DNA of 64,000 nucleotides. Origin: an uncultured Candidatus Saccharibacteria bacterium (GTDB lineage: Bacteria; Patescibacteriota; Minisyncoccia; Phycocordibacterales; Phycocordibacteraceae). This document shows positions 1 through 10,012 of this stretch, piece by piece. The position numbers and the translations under genes are program-made. Numbering within the stretch: position 1 is the stretch's first letter; the number at the start of each line of letters is the position of its first letter. The notes beneath the pieces were generated by a model, which was not told the DNA's origin, ran no database searches, and saw only the letters and a program-made list of their open reading frames with translations. Location: assembly GCA_964357395.1 (NCBI GenBank), contig CAYHLC010000003.1, forward strand, positions 14,080 to 78,079, given 5' to 3'.

Positions 1-243
1 ATCATACGGGGATAGCGCGAGGTCTGCTGACAAGAGCTTGTCCACTCGCTCCTGCATCTCGCGTGCAGCTTTGTTTGTAAAGGTGACCGCCAAGATCCTC
101 TCTGGCGCGACGCCACTCTTGATGAGCCGCGCGATCCGCTCGACAATGACCCTCGTCTTGCCTGCGCCCGCGCCTGCCAATATCAAAAGCGCACCCGTGT
201 GGTGCGCTGCTGCGCGTTCTTGCTCTGCATTTAATCCTGCCAC
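1..243 (-). CDS. UvrD/PcrA-family SF1 DNA helicase, N-terminal fragment (gene continues past window start)
   Basis: Minus-strand translation reads (GTG)[62 protein letters not shown]. This is Walker A GAGKT plus the TFTNKAA motif. An in-frame TAG lies immediately upstream, so GTG near 243 is the candidate start. Absent from ORF track because it is truncated. Confidence 0.7.
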   Translation of the reverse strand, partial: MAGLNAEQERAAAHHTGALLILAGAGAGKTRVIVERIARLIKSGVAPERILAVTFTNKAAREMQERVDKLLSADLALSPYD

Positions 244-260
244 CTACGAACTATACCGTA

Positions 261-1547
261 TTAGACCTTAATATCGATGCTGCGGAAAAAGTCGCGCAAT
301 GACTCTTGGTTCTGGCTCTGATCCCCGATAGTGTTTTCGGATTGCTTAAAGAAGGTATACAGCCGCTCGGCATCCTCTCGCTCGGGTGATCCCATGGGCC
401 ATGACTCCACCGCTGATCGATCCATAATGCTCGCGACGCTCGGGTTATCAAGACCAGTGATTGCCCTGCCGAGCTCCTCAACTCCTGTACCAGCCAAAAT
501 GTGATCATTAATCTCAACACCAAAGGCTACGTCGATGCGGTCGACGAGTGTGGCGCGGCCCACGTCACTCAACTCAGGTGCGGGGACAACAGTCTCTGCC
601 GAGGGAGTCTCCCCGTCAGGGAACCAGCGTCCATTGAACCACTCTCCTCCAGCTTTAGTTTTTTCGGTTGAGGCTGCCTCTGCAGCTGGTGCGGTAGCGG
701 TCTCGCCAGGCTGCGCATCCTTATCGGCGAGGATCTCAGGGGCGACAGCAGTCTCGGGCGATGCAGCTGCTGCTCCAGGCACAACCGGAGAGCCCCTCTC
801 AGGAACGGTGTCTGAAAACTCGCGACTTGCAAGCACGTTAGACGTATCCCACCGTCCCTGTCCGTCAGAAAGAGTTTCGAAAGTGCCACTCGCGGTTTGG
901 ATAGAGAGGCTACCAGACTTGTCGAGACTAAGAGTGTCCCCCTTATGCATGATGACGCTGTCATTTACATTGTCTGGGTTATACAAATCGTGCTTCTCTG
1001 CCCACGCTGCAGCGTCTGCACCAGTATTAATATCCTTGAGCCACTGGGGCTCTAACTCGTCCGGCGTTGCCGCCTTCAGTTTCATAATGGCCTGCGTAAT
1101 TCCGTCGCCATCGTTCAGCTCATACTTTCCTACGATATCTGCTGACAATCCGCTCACTGCTTCTTGTGTCGCCGCCGCAGCAGCTGCCGCTACTTCGTCC
1201 GGCCGCGCAGGCTTCACCGTTGCAGGATCTATGACTTGTTCAAATGGTGTTGCAGGAGGTGGAGGTATCACATCACCGCCAGTACCAGCCGTAGACGCTT
1301 GCGCGATGTCATTTAAATCTATTCCATCTGCATCAAACCCCAAAGCCCTGCCTAGGTATATCAACCCCATTGTTGTAATGCTTAACCCACCTACTACGCC
1401 AAGCGCATTGAGTCCAACACGACCGAGCGAGCGCCGCTTCGTTTCAGAAATTGTTTTAGAATCACCCTTCGGATCCTTCTTCGGCTTCTCATCATCCGCG
1501 AAGCTTGCTTTGTCGTGCACTGGACCCATCCAATCATCTCCAGCCAT
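261..1547 (-). CDS. hypothetical N-terminally membrane-anchored protein (428 aa)
   Basis: ORF track. It has balanced amino-acid composition and one predicted TM helix (LGRVGLNALGVVGGLSITTMGLIYLG). The overlapping + strand ORF 535-1587 is Ser/Ala/Pro-rich low complexity, typical of antisense in GC-rich DNA. Confidence 0.55.
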   Translation of the reverse strand: MAGDDWMGPVHDKASFADDEKPKKDPKGDSKTISETKRRSLGRVGLNALGVVGGLSITTMGLIYLGRALGFDADGIDLNDIAQASTAGTGGDVIPPPPATPFEQVIDPATVKPARPDEVAAAAAAATQEAVSGLSADIVGKYELNDGDGITQAIMKLKAATPDELEPQWLKDINTGADAAAWAEKHDLYNPDNVNDSVIMHKGDTLSLDKSGSLSIQTASGTFETLSDGQGRWDTSNVLASREFSDTVPERGSPVVPGAAAASPETAVAPEILADKDAQPGETATAPAAEAASTEKTKAGGEWFNGRWFPDGETPSAETVVPAPELSDVGRATLVDRIDVAFGVEINDHILAGTGVEELGRAITGLDNPSVASIMDRSAVESWPMGSPEREDAERLYTFFKQSENTIGDQSQNQESLRDFFRSIDIKV

Positions 1548-1573
1548 ATTGCTATCACTTTATCATTTAATAA

Positions 1574-2989
1574 TTAAGGGAGCCTAGTGCTGAGGAATAC
1601 CGGGAGTCCGTCAGGGGTTGGGGCCGAGCGGCCAGGTACCCTCCATAGCTCGTACTGCCCACCGTCCTTGCCAATGAACTTGCCGTCGCGGAATATCTGC
1701 ATGGCCTCCTCATTAGTCACCACTACCCCCTTTCCGGCGAGGAACTCCTTCAAGGACGCCACCTCCGTGGGGGTTGCGGTGCCGCCCGCAGTCCTGTCTG
1801 CAATCCTCTCGAAGTTTAGTTCCGCCGTGCGGTAGTCCTCCTTCGACACGCCCTGTGCCACCATCTGCTTTTCAGGTGTTGTTGGTGCCTCAACAGGCGC
1901 CGGTGCCGTGCCCGCAGATGGCGTCTCTACCTTCGGCGCTGCAGGTGGAGTTATTGCAGACCTGCCCTCGCTGCCTGGATGCCACTTATTTTTTTCGTCC
2001 ACCCACGGAACGCCATCATTTTTCAACGACCCTTGATTTATATCGGGATACACTCGGTTGTCAGCCTCACGTAGAGTGAACTCGAAGACTTTGCCGTCTA
2101 TGATCCGCCGCCACTTACCTTCCGCAAATATTTGTCTCTGAATCTCTTCGTTCGGTCTCGGTATGTCTGAGTTATCAAAACCCTTCAGTATGTATTCGCG
2201 TGTCGCGTCGTTCCAGTCACTTGGGTCTAATCGTGTGAGGTCCTCTGTAAAGCCAAGTGGAGGTAGTATGCGGTTTATGCGGTTCACAAGATCCCCAACC
2301 CCCTTTATGTGCCCATCTTTCTCCAACCATTTGCCGATATCGTCTGCATGAGTGACGGCGGCAGCCACCCCGACCACTGCGCCGACAGCCAGCAGAATGC
2401 TTATCCCGATAAGAAAGCTATTGTCACGAAAGCGGTCACCGCGAGCGCGTATCTTATCGTTCCGTCGGTCGGCCTGATCTACTGATGGCTGGGGAGCAGG
2501 CGCAGGAGCAGGGACGGATGCAGGGGCAGGCGCGGGCGAAGGTTGTGGGGCTGTGGCGGGGACGCCGAGTTGTGGCAGCCATGCAGGCGCTGCGGGAGCA
2601 GCAAAGGTGGCACGGACCGCTGCTACGATTCCTGCTACGTCCGCAGCCTTCTCTGCCTCTGACCGCCCTCCGCTCGCACGACGAAGCTCTTTGTACGCCG
2701 ACTCTAGGTTGTGGAGTACTACACCATCCGGGACCTTCTTCCCTGGAGGGGTATATACCGCGAAGTGTCTGTGACGAATAGCATTATTCAGTTTCTGTGC
2801 ATCAAAGGCGAGGGTCGCATCCACCAGGAGCTTGGCATGCACCGTGTTTCCCTCGTCGATGAGCACTCTGTGTTCGGCAAGTATCGGCCCCTGGATAGCG
2901 TCTATGACCGCCCGGAGCGCCTCCGCGTGGCGCTCCTCCGGGGTCCTCCGGTCTTTGGCAAAATATGTGACGCGCTCGCTCTCAGACAT
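1574..2989 (-). CDS. hypothetical protein with Pro/Ala-rich linker and one TM helix (471 aa)
   Basis: ORF track. It has a PAPAP repeat linker, a TM segment FLIGISILLAVGAVVGVAAAV and a C-terminal globular part. No recognisable family. Confidence 0.55.
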   Translation of the reverse strand: MSESERVTYFAKDRRTPEERHAEALRAVIDAIQGPILAEHRVLIDEGNTVHAKLLVDATLAFDAQKLNNAIRHRHFAVYTPPGKKVPDGVVLHNLESAYKELRRASGGRSEAEKAADVAGIVAAVRATFAAPAAPAWLPQLGVPATAPQPSPAPAPASVPAPAPAPQPSVDQADRRNDKIRARGDRFRDNSFLIGISILLAVGAVVGVAAAVTHADDIGKWLEKDGHIKGVGDLVNRINRILPPLGFTEDLTRLDPSDWNDATREYILKGFDNSDIPRPNEEIQRQIFAEGKWRRIIDGKVFEFTLREADNRVYPDINQGSLKNDGVPWVDEKNKWHPGSEGRSAITPPAAPKVETPSAGTAPAPVEAPTTPEKQMVAQGVSKEDYRTAELNFERIADRTAGGTATPTEVASLKEFLAGKGVVVTNEEAMQIFRDGKFIGKDGGQYELWRVPGRSAPTPDGLPVFLSTRLP

Positions 2990-3065
2990 AGTAGTAGTAT
3001 TATTCTATAACAAAATATGGATAAGTCAATGATTTTGGCTATCCACCCTCATTATCTTTTCATGG

Positions 3066-4217
3066 TTGACCCGGCCCCCCGAGGGGGGTACAGTGAGCGT
3101 ACTCCCGAACTACTGTATTGCTGATTTGCGGCTTTACAAAGCCATACCGCGTTGTTGCCATAGCTCCCGAGGAGGAACCAAAATCGAAACAAAAGTACTA
3201 TTCAGGAGCGTTGGCATTGCTGTCCTCGCCCTCACCATAGCCATCGGCACGCCTAGCGTTGCTCAGGCTTTTTCTTTGGACTCATTCCTCAATGGCCTGC
3301 GACCTACGGCTAGGGCGGCGCAGACACTCCCCACACTTCACAGCTTTTCCACCCCAGTCCTATCGGCAGCTATGAACCTCGACCCAAACCCTAATAAGGG
3401 AGGGGGTGATATCTGTGTTGATGACGAAGTGGCCCTTTGTGCCGAGGTCGGCCCTGAGGGGACTATGGCCGACATCGAATCCGCCTCAGCGAAGAGCGGT
3501 GAGATTTCGATCTATGTGGTTAGGACCGGGGACACCCTTTCCGAGATTGCCCAGATGTTTGGAGTCACAACCAACACAGTCTTGTGGGCCAACGATCTCA
3601 AGAGCTCCAAAGACATCCATCCTGGCGACACGCTGGTCATCCTCCCTATTACCGGTGTTAAGCACGTAGTGAAGAAGGGCGAGACCATAGCGACACTCGC
3701 GAAGAAGTACAAGGCAGACGCGGGCGAGATCCTCTCCTATAACGGGCTTCCAACTGGCACCTCACTATCAGTAGGTTCGGAGCTCATCATTCCGCACGGA
3801 GTCGAGTCACCAGTAATCGTCGCCTCGTCTGCTCGCTCGACTACCGCTCTGAAGGGTGCGGGCGGACCATCAATCGCAGGTTACTACCTCTGCCCTATTG
3901 CAGGTTGCACCAGGACCCAAGGCCTCCACGGTTACAACGGCGTGGACCTCAAGGCTAACTACACGCAAGTCTTGGCAGCTGCCTCGGGAACCGTGGTTGT
4001 CGCACGCTTGTCGGGCTACAATGGAGGTTACGGTTCATACGTCGTTATCCAGCACTCGAACGGGACGCAGACGCTCTACGCCCACCTCTCACAGGTATAT
4101 GTCAGTGTCGGCCAGGTGGTAGTCCAGGGCCAGGTCCTCGGTATCTCAGGCAACTCGGGTCGCTCGACCGGCCCGCATCTCCACTTCGAGATCCGTGGCG
4201 CCAAAAATCCTTTTTAA
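3066..4217 (+). CDS. LysM-domain M23 family metallopeptidase (peptidoglycan hydrolase)
   Basis: Two LysM repeats (GDTLSEIAQMFGVTTNTVLWANDL; GETIATLAKKYKADAGEILSYNGL). A C-terminal M23 signature is present: HGYNGVDL...YGSYVVIQHSNGTQTLYAHLS...GNSGRSTGPHLHFEIR. A signal-anchor follows. True start may be internal to the listed ORF. Confidence 0.85.
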   Translation: MTRPPEGGTVSVLPNYCIADLRLYKAIPRCCHSSRGGTKIETKVLFRSVGIAVLALTIAIGTPSVAQAFSLDSFLNGLRPTARAAQTLPTLHSFSTPVLSAAMNLDPNPNKGGGDICVDDEVALCAEVGPEGTMADIESASAKSGEISIYVVRTGDTLSEIAQMFGVTTNTVLWANDLKSSKDIHPGDTLVILPITGVKHVVKKGETIATLAKKYKADAGEILSYNGLPTGTSLSVGSELIIPHGVESPVIVASSARSTTALKGAGGPSIAGYYLCPIAGCTRTQGLHGYNGVDLKANYTQVLAAASGTVVVARLSGYNGGYGSYVVIQHSNGTQTLYAHLSQVYVSVGQVVVQGQVLGISGNSGRSTGPHLHFEIRGAKNPF

Positions 4218-4239
4218 ACTAGGCACGAGCCACTAGTGG

Positions 4240-5745
4240 CTAAAGATTCAGCCTCGGCCGATACTGGAGCGCTTCTAACACATGCTCGGTGTTAACTAGG
4301 TTGGAGTCGGCGAGGTCGGCGATGGTGCGAGCGAGGCGCAGTACTCGGTGGTAGGAGCGCGGAGATAAGTTCAGCGACTTGGCAGCCTTGGTGAGCGCAT
4401 CGCGTGCACCGTCTGTGATACCAATCCTTTCATCAAGGTGTTTGGATGCGAGTTCGCTATTGGTCTTGGCCTTCGCCTTCAGCTCCTGCATACGCTTCCC
4501 TTGCCTGCTACGTGCACGTTCTATCCGCTCACGCACCACTGCGGACCCTTCTCCTGTTCCACGTGCGGCCAGTTTTTCGTGTGGGATATGTGGCACCTCG
4601 ATCCACACATCGATGCGGTCGATGATTGCGCCGGATAGCTTGCGGTTAAAGCGGGCTGCCTCCCTCGGGTCAGTAATATGTGTCGGCGGGTTCATTGCAG
4701 CGATCAGCATAATGTTGGCAGGAAAGGTGACGGTGCCCGCGGAGCGGCTGACGGTAATCATTCTGTTTTCGAGGGGCTCGCGCAGGGCCTCAATAGTCCG
4801 TCGGTCGAACTCAGGAAACTCGTCGAGGAATAGTACGCCGCGGTGCGCGAGCGTCACCTCGCCTGGCCGCGGGATGTTGCCGCCACCAACCAAGGCCGGA
4901 TAGCTCGATGTATGGTGGGGCGAGCGTATTGGTGGCTCGATCATGATCGTCTCCTTGAGTGTCCCCGCTACCGAGTGTATCGCCGTCACCTCCACCGCCT
5001 CCTCGAACGAGAGCTGCGGCAGTATGCCAGCCAAGGCGGTAGCGAGCATCGTCTTCCCAGTTCCTGGCGGGCCGACGAGCGCGACATTGTGCCTCCCTGC
5101 TGCAGCTATCTCCATACCGCGCTTCGCTGTCTCCTGCCCTTTGATGTCTGACATATCGACGGCGGGCACGCCGCGCACGAGTACCTCCTTCGTATTACTC
5201 TTCGCTCGCCGTAGACTCTTCTCTCCGGTTAGGTGTTGCACCACCTCCGTTAGCGATGCGGCGCCATACACCACAACTCCCTCGACGAGGGCTGCCTCCT
5301 CTGCGTTCTCCTCTGGGACGATGAGCGTATGCACCTTTTTGGACGCTGCCACTTTGAGCGCTGCAGCGAGCGCCCCCTTGATGGGGCGCAAGGTTCCGTC
5401 GAGTGCCAGCTCGCCCATGAGGACTATGCCCTTGGGGTCAAAAGAAATCTCCTCGTTAGCGAGGAGATATGCGAGTGCCATCGGGAGATCAAAGACGGTC
5501 CCCTCTTTCTTCAGATCAGCGGGCGCCAAGGAAATAACTATTTTGTGATTGTGCGACTTCGGACTCTGGAAGCCAGAAAACTTGATCGCCGAGGACATAC
5601 GGTCACGCGCCTCACCCACCGCCTTGCCGGCAAGCCCGACGACAGTAAACGCGTACAGCGTACCGTTCGTAATATCGGCCTCGATAGTGACCAACTCAGA
5701 ATCAGGAAACCCGGGCTGCAAGCTGGTGACCCGAGCGAATGCCAT
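4240..5745 (-). CDS. comM: YifB/ComM family Mg-chelatase-like AAA+ ATPase
   Basis: N-terminal Lon-like domain plus AAA+ core (VALVGPPGTGKTMLA...; sensor motifs) and a C-terminal ComM tail. 501 aa. Confidence 0.9.
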   Translation of the reverse strand: MAFARVTSLQPGFPDSELVTIEADITNGTLYAFTVVGLAGKAVGEARDRMSSAIKFSGFQSPKSHNHKIVISLAPADLKKEGTVFDLPMALAYLLANEEISFDPKGIVLMGELALDGTLRPIKGALAAALKVAASKKVHTLIVPEENAEEAALVEGVVVYGAASLTEVVQHLTGEKSLRRAKSNTKEVLVRGVPAVDMSDIKGQETAKRGMEIAAAGRHNVALVGPPGTGKTMLATALAGILPQLSFEEAVEVTAIHSVAGTLKETIMIEPPIRSPHHTSSYPALVGGGNIPRPGEVTLAHRGVLFLDEFPEFDRRTIEALREPLENRMITVSRSAGTVTFPANIMLIAAMNPPTHITDPREAARFNRKLSGAIIDRIDVWIEVPHIPHEKLAARGTGEGSAVVRERIERARSRQGKRMQELKAKAKTNSELASKHLDERIGITDGARDALTKAAKSLNLSPRSYHRVLRLARTIADLADSNLVNTEHVLEALQYRPRLNL

Positions 5746-5750
5746 TGTGG

Positions 5751-6143
5751 TTAGGAGAGGAAGGCCTCTTTATCCATATGCGCCATGGATGTGCGCGCAG
5801 CAGGGTTGGCCTCGAGTCGCTGGATCTCTATGTCCTCGCCGGATACCTCGCATGTGCCGAACGTGCCCGCCTCGATCTTCCCCTGCGCCTTTAGGACCAG
5901 GTTGAGTCGGCCCTCAAGCTCGTTCATGGTTGCATTGTTCTCCTGCTGGGCCTCAATGATGTCGGCGTTGTCGCTCTTGTCTGCACCAAAGATCTCGCCG
6001 TCTGGCTTGTTGGCTACCCAATCAGTTAGATTACTAGGGTTGCGAGTACCAAGCTTGCCTAATTCCTCCTCGAGGATGGCACGCTCCTTGCTGAGGCGTT
6101 CCTTAAACTGCGCTATTTGTTCAGTGGTCAACATGCCCTGCAT
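5751..6143 (-). CDS. DksA/TraR-family protein with degenerate (Cys-poor) zinc-finger
   Basis: Coiled-coil N-terminus. C-terminal GTFGTCEVSGEDIEIQRLEANPAARTSMAH matches the DksA/TraR C4 finger consensus (G.YG.CE.CG..I...RL.A.P.A..C..C) but only one Cys is retained. Confidence 0.55.
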   Translation of the reverse strand: MQGMLTTEQIAQFKERLSKERAILEEELGKLGTRNPSNLTDWVANKPDGEIFGADKSDNADIIEAQQENNATMNELEGRLNLVLKAQGKIEAGTFGTCEVSGEDIEIQRLEANPAARTSMAHMDKEAFLS

Positions 6144-6167
6144 GGTACCACCCGCATTCCGGGTACG

Positions 6168-6458
6168 CTAGCCCAAGCGATTATCCTCGTCGTCATCGCC
6201 AATGACCGGGGCTCGCTTTCGGCGAGGTGCCCGCGGTGGCTCCGGTGCTTCATAGCTCAGTATCCAGCCTAGGGCCCCACTGCCCAGCATTGTTGGGAAC
6301 AGTACTGCCATAGCTTGTAAAAAGAAGGCACCATTCACATCTCCAAAGTAGTGGGTAGCAGTAGTAAATGCAGCGTAGTCCGCGACAATAGTGGCAACGA
6401 CAGCACCTAGTACGAACCAGGTCCGGTTTTCGACAACAAGGTCTTTGCCCTCTGACAT
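6168..6458 (-). CDS. small two-TM membrane protein (96 aa)
   Basis: Only the C-terminal 96 codons of track ORF 6168-6959 look coding (MSEGKDLVVENRTWFVLGAVVATIVADYAAF...). The upstream part of that ORF is R/S-rich and overlaps the next gene out of frame. Confidence 0.4.
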   Translation of the reverse strand: MSEGKDLVVENRTWFVLGAVVATIVADYAAFTTATHYFGDVNGAFFLQAMAVLFPTMLGSGALGWILSYEAPEPPRAPRRKRAPVIGDDDEDNRLG

Positions 6459-6513
6459 AACGGTATCGTAATACGAAAAGACACTACTGTCAACTCGCCG
6501 CCGTAAGCCCGGC

Positions 6514-7431
6514 TCAGCGTTCGGTAGAGGTGGTGACTTCGGCAGCGAGGCGCGTGAGGATCTCCTGGAGGGTCTGCTCGTTCGTCGTGATGACGAGGAG
6601 GTCCCTGCGAGGGAAGGTATAGAGGATCGGCCACTCCTTTTGTGACTGCCGCGTGTCGATATTGCGATACACTTTGTCGACGAAGAGCGTGGTTGGTATT
6701 GGGGTGTCAGTGTACGGTTTGAAAAACGCACCAAACTCTCTACCGAGCTCCTCCTCCCATCCGAGCATGGCGCTGTACGCACGATCGAACTGCGTGACCT
6801 CGAGGATAAGGAATGGTTGTACGCGGTTGAACGAGTGTACACCCACCATAACGCTCCGCACTTCGCGAAGGAGTGACGATGGTGCATCGAACTCCGACAA
6901 AAGCGTGCTCGCCGTCGTAGTCGCACCATCGACGAGGATGTCGAAGCGCGCAATCTCACCGAGGGATAGTTTGGTGGCGTTGCGCTCTATGCCGAGCTGG
7001 TCAGCGAGTGGCCGGCGAGAGTCGGTTTCGACTGTAATAATCTTGTTTGGGAATATGATTGAAGGCGCCACTGGCTCTGGAGTCACCGCCTCACTTATGA
7101 GCCACACAGCAGTTCCCACAATGCCGATACCAACAACAATAAGTGCGCCTGCACCGAACAGAAGTACCTTGCGGCGCCATTGTGGTGCGGGCCTCTCACC
7201 CTCATCACCCTGCGCTAGCTCGCGCGCCGTGCGCTCGCGTTCCGCGCCGACGATCGAGGTCAGTGTGCTGCCCTTCTTCTTTATTTCTTCCGAAAGGTCA
7301 TCTGCGTACGTGCGGACACTCCTCAGAGTCGAGTCGATATGCCCCTCGTGCGCAGCGTCATGCGCTGGAACTGCAGGCGGAACGCCTAGCGGTTTACCAG
7401 TTGTCTCGCCTTGGCCCTCTGTTTCCACCAT
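6514..7431 (-). CDS. hypothetical single-pass membrane protein (305 aa)
   Basis: ORF track. One TM (VLLFGAGALIVVGIGIVGTAVWLI) followed by a globular extracytoplasmic domain. The start may be later, since the first codons overlap the pnp 3' end. Confidence 0.5.
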   Translation of the reverse strand: MVETEGQGETTGKPLGVPPAVPAHDAAHEGHIDSTLRSVRTYADDLSEEIKKKGSTLTSIVGAERERTARELAQGDEGERPAPQWRRKVLLFGAGALIVVGIGIVGTAVWLISEAVTPEPVAPSIIFPNKIITVETDSRRPLADQLGIERNATKLSLGEIARFDILVDGATTTASTLLSEFDAPSSLLREVRSVMVGVHSFNRVQPFLILEVTQFDRAYSAMLGWEEELGREFGAFFKPYTDTPIPTTLFVDKVYRNIDTRQSQKEWPILYTFPRRDLLVITTNEQTLQEILTRLAAEVTTSTER

Positions 7432-9628
7432 CTCTCCTATTATGCCCTATTCCGCCATGCCTCCCGCTGCCTGATTGGCCACCATCGGGGGACGCCGGAG
7501 CTGGCGCCAGGTTTTTTCGTACTGCAAACTCGGGGTCGATTTGTTTGATAGACAAGTTGACTCGCCCTTGGTCATCGATTTCCTTAATGACTGCGCGGAC
7601 TACCTCGCCTTCTGCAACTGCCTCGCGTACAGATGCGATGCGGAACGGTGCGAATTCCGAAATATGTACCAATCCTTCCTGCTTGCCTGCACCGAGTTTC
7701 ACAAACGCACCAAAGTCCATAATGCGTGTCACCTGTCCCTCAATCACATCGCCAGCCTGGTACACACGCGTCATATCGCGGATGATCTCGGCCGCCTTCT
7801 CTGGTGCGTCGCCGACTCCGGTAATAAAGATCGATCCGTCATCCTCAATCGAGATGCCAGACACCCCTGTGTCCTCTTGGATCTTCTTGATGTTCTTGCC
7901 GCCAGGACCAATAACGAGGCCGATAGCGTCGACTGGCACGCTTAAGGTCACGATCTTTGGTGCGCGTGGCGATAGGTTAGGCCGTGGTGCGGGGAGTGCG
8001 GTCGTAATAACGTCCAAAATCTTCATACGTGCAATGCGTGCGTGCTCCAATGCCTCGACCATAACTGTCGGCGGGATTCCGTCCAGCTTCACATCGAGCT
8101 GTATTGCTGTCACGCCACTTTTGGTTCCAGCAACCTTGAAGTCCATGTCACCATGATGGTCCTCAGCGCCCTGGATGTCGGTTAATATCGCATAGCGAGT
8201 TGGGCCGTCATACATAACGCCCATCGCGATACCTGCAACCGGTGCCTCGATAGGTACGCCGCCATCCATGAGTGCGAGTGTCGATGCGCAGACCGAGCCC
8301 ATAGAGGTCGATCCGTTAGAGGAGAACGCTTCTGACACGAGGCGGATGGTGTAGGGGAATACTTCCTTAGCGGGTATCACTGCGCTCAATGCCTTTTCGG
8401 CAAGGGCGCCGTGGCCGATCATACGTCGGTTCATGCCACCAAAGCGACCAGTCTCGCCTACCGAGTACGGTGGGAAGTTGTAATGGTGCATGAAGCGCTT
8501 CTTGACCTCTACCCCCGAGCCCTCTATAGAGTCGACAATTTGGGAATCGTCTGGTCCGCCGAGCGTGAGAGCAGAAAAGACGTGTGTCTCCCCGCGATAA
8601 AAGATACCCGAGCCGTGAAGTACGGGGGAGAAGTCGCCTGCCGTAGCAAATAGTGGTCGGATCTCGTCCATCGCGCGGCCGTCGACACGCTTCTTTTCAT
8701 CGATCGCTTTACTGCGCAAGATCTTCTCAGTTCGTTCATCGAGGTAGGTACGCGCGGCGTCCCTCTCCTCCGGTAGCTTTTCCGCTACCAATGCGCTCCA
8801 CTTGTCCGAGAATAGCTTTTGCGACTCCTTGCCGGGCTTGCCGGTAAAGACCGCTGCCTCGAACTCGCTTTCGAGCTCTGCAAAGAGAGCTGCAATAGCC
8901 GGGTTTGCCTCTTTGGCAACAATGGCGCGCTTCGCCTTGCCCATCTCAGCAATAACCTTTTTCTGGAAGTCCTGAATCTTGTTCAATTCCACCACCCCCG
9001 CATCGAACGCCTTCCCGATGACCGCCTCCTGTACCTGCTTGGCACCCACTTCGATCATAGTGATGACGCCGTCCTTGCCACAGACCAAGAGGTCGAGTTC
9101 CGCATCATCGGCGTTGCGATCCGCGTAGCTTGGGTTCACGATAAATGTGTCGCTCCCCTTCTTCTTACCAAGTCGCACGGCGGAAACTGGGCCGCCCCAC
9201 GGAATGTCGGATGTGCCGAGTGCGAGGGACGCAGCTATAACACCGAGTACGTCTGGGTCGTCCTCTGCGATTGAGAGTACAGTAACCACTACCTGCACGT
9301 CCTTGCGGAGCGCAGCGTTGAAGAGTGGGCGTATGGTGCGGTCGACGATGCGGCCCGAGAGAACTGCATCGTCAGACGGACGCCCCTCGCGACGGATGAA
9401 GCGCGATCCGAGGATCTGCCCTGCTGCATAGAAGCGCTCCTCGTACTCTACCGAGAGCGGGAAGTAGTCGATGTCGAGGCGCTCCTTGCTGCCCATAACT
9501 GCAGTAACAAGGACGATGGTGTCGCCCATACGGAGGAGGACCGAGCCGTTGGCCTGCCCCGCTAGGTCAGTAAACGTCGCCTCGACCTTGCGGCCGCCTA
9601 TCTCGGTCTCAAACTTTTTTTGTTGCAT
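7394..9628 (-). CDS. pnp: polynucleotide phosphorylase (PNPase)
   Basis: Two RNase PH domains, KH and S1 domains, and a C-terminal RGG-like tail (GGQSGSGRHGGIGHNRRDGGNRGPRR). 744 aa. Confidence 0.95.
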   Translation of the reverse strand: MQQKKFETEIGGRKVEATFTDLAGQANGSVLLRMGDTIVLVTAVMGSKERLDIDYFPLSVEYEERFYAAGQILGSRFIRREGRPSDDAVLSGRIVDRTIRPLFNAALRKDVQVVVTVLSIAEDDPDVLGVIAASLALGTSDIPWGGPVSAVRLGKKKGSDTFIVNPSYADRNADDAELDLLVCGKDGVITMIEVGAKQVQEAVIGKAFDAGVVELNKIQDFQKKVIAEMGKAKRAIVAKEANPAIAALFAELESEFEAAVFTGKPGKESQKLFSDKWSALVAEKLPEERDAARTYLDERTEKILRSKAIDEKKRVDGRAMDEIRPLFATAGDFSPVLHGSGIFYRGETHVFSALTLGGPDDSQIVDSIEGSGVEVKKRFMHHYNFPPYSVGETGRFGGMNRRMIGHGALAEKALSAVIPAKEVFPYTIRLVSEAFSSNGSTSMGSVCASTLALMDGGVPIEAPVAGIAMGVMYDGPTRYAILTDIQGAEDHHGDMDFKVAGTKSGVTAIQLDVKLDGIPPTVMVEALEHARIARMKILDVITTALPAPRPNLSPRAPKIVTLSVPVDAIGLVIGPGGKNIKKIQEDTGVSGISIEDDGSIFITGVGDAPEKAAEIIRDMTRVYQAGDVIEGQVTRIMDFGAFVKLGAGKQEGLVHISEFAPFRIASVREAVAEGEVVRAVIKEIDDQGRVNLSIKQIDPEFAVRKNLAPAPASPDGGQSGSGRHGGIGHNRRDGGNRGPRRDNW

Positions 9629-9766
9629 CTCATACTATATTAGCGAGATGTACAGATTCCAGGACTCTTGGCATAAGGGCCATGGCCTGCGTATCTATAC
9701 ACCTCTAATATGGTGATCCTACCACGCTCCGATCCCTGTGCACAGTGAGTTGGTACTTTTTATTTT

Positions 9767-10012
9767 TTGGAGCATACTAGGGCTTTCTCTATGCCGGGCG
9801 ACGAGAGTGTCCAGTTTCATAATGAGCCAACCTCAACTGGGCTTATCCTTGCTGCACTCGTTGTGCTTGGCGTGGCTGTGATCGGAGGGGCGGCTGCCGG
9901 TGCGGCAGGAACCTACACATTTGTTAGTGACAACCCACTCGCACTCATTGTTGGAGGTGCGGCAGGAGGCGGGCTTGGGCTCCTCGGTGCTCGCCGTCTG
10001 CTTCGGGGTTAG
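9767..10012 (+). CDS. small glycine-zipper membrane protein (81 aa)
   Basis: ORF track. Two hydrophobic G/A-rich helices. No family call. Confidence 0.35.
   Translation: MEHTRAFSMPGDESVQFHNEPTSTGLILAALVVLGVAVIGGAAAGAAGTYTFVSDNPLALIVGGAAGGGLGLLGARRLLRG

Noticed and set aside
535-1587. 350-aa + strand ORF overlapping the 261-1547 minus-strand gene
   Set aside because: Ser/Ala/Pro/Gly-dominated low-complexity translation typical of the antisense frame of GC-rich coding DNA. The minus-strand product has normal composition and a TM helix.
6459-6959. N-terminal two-thirds of track ORF 6168-6959
   Set aside because: R/S-rich and overlaps the upstream gene out of frame. Only the C-terminal 96 codons after an internal Met look coding.
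6653-8156. + strand ORFs 6653-7474 and 7143-8156 (273 and 337 aa)
   Set aside because: Antisense to pnp and to the 6514-7431 gene. R/S/P-rich with no domain signal.
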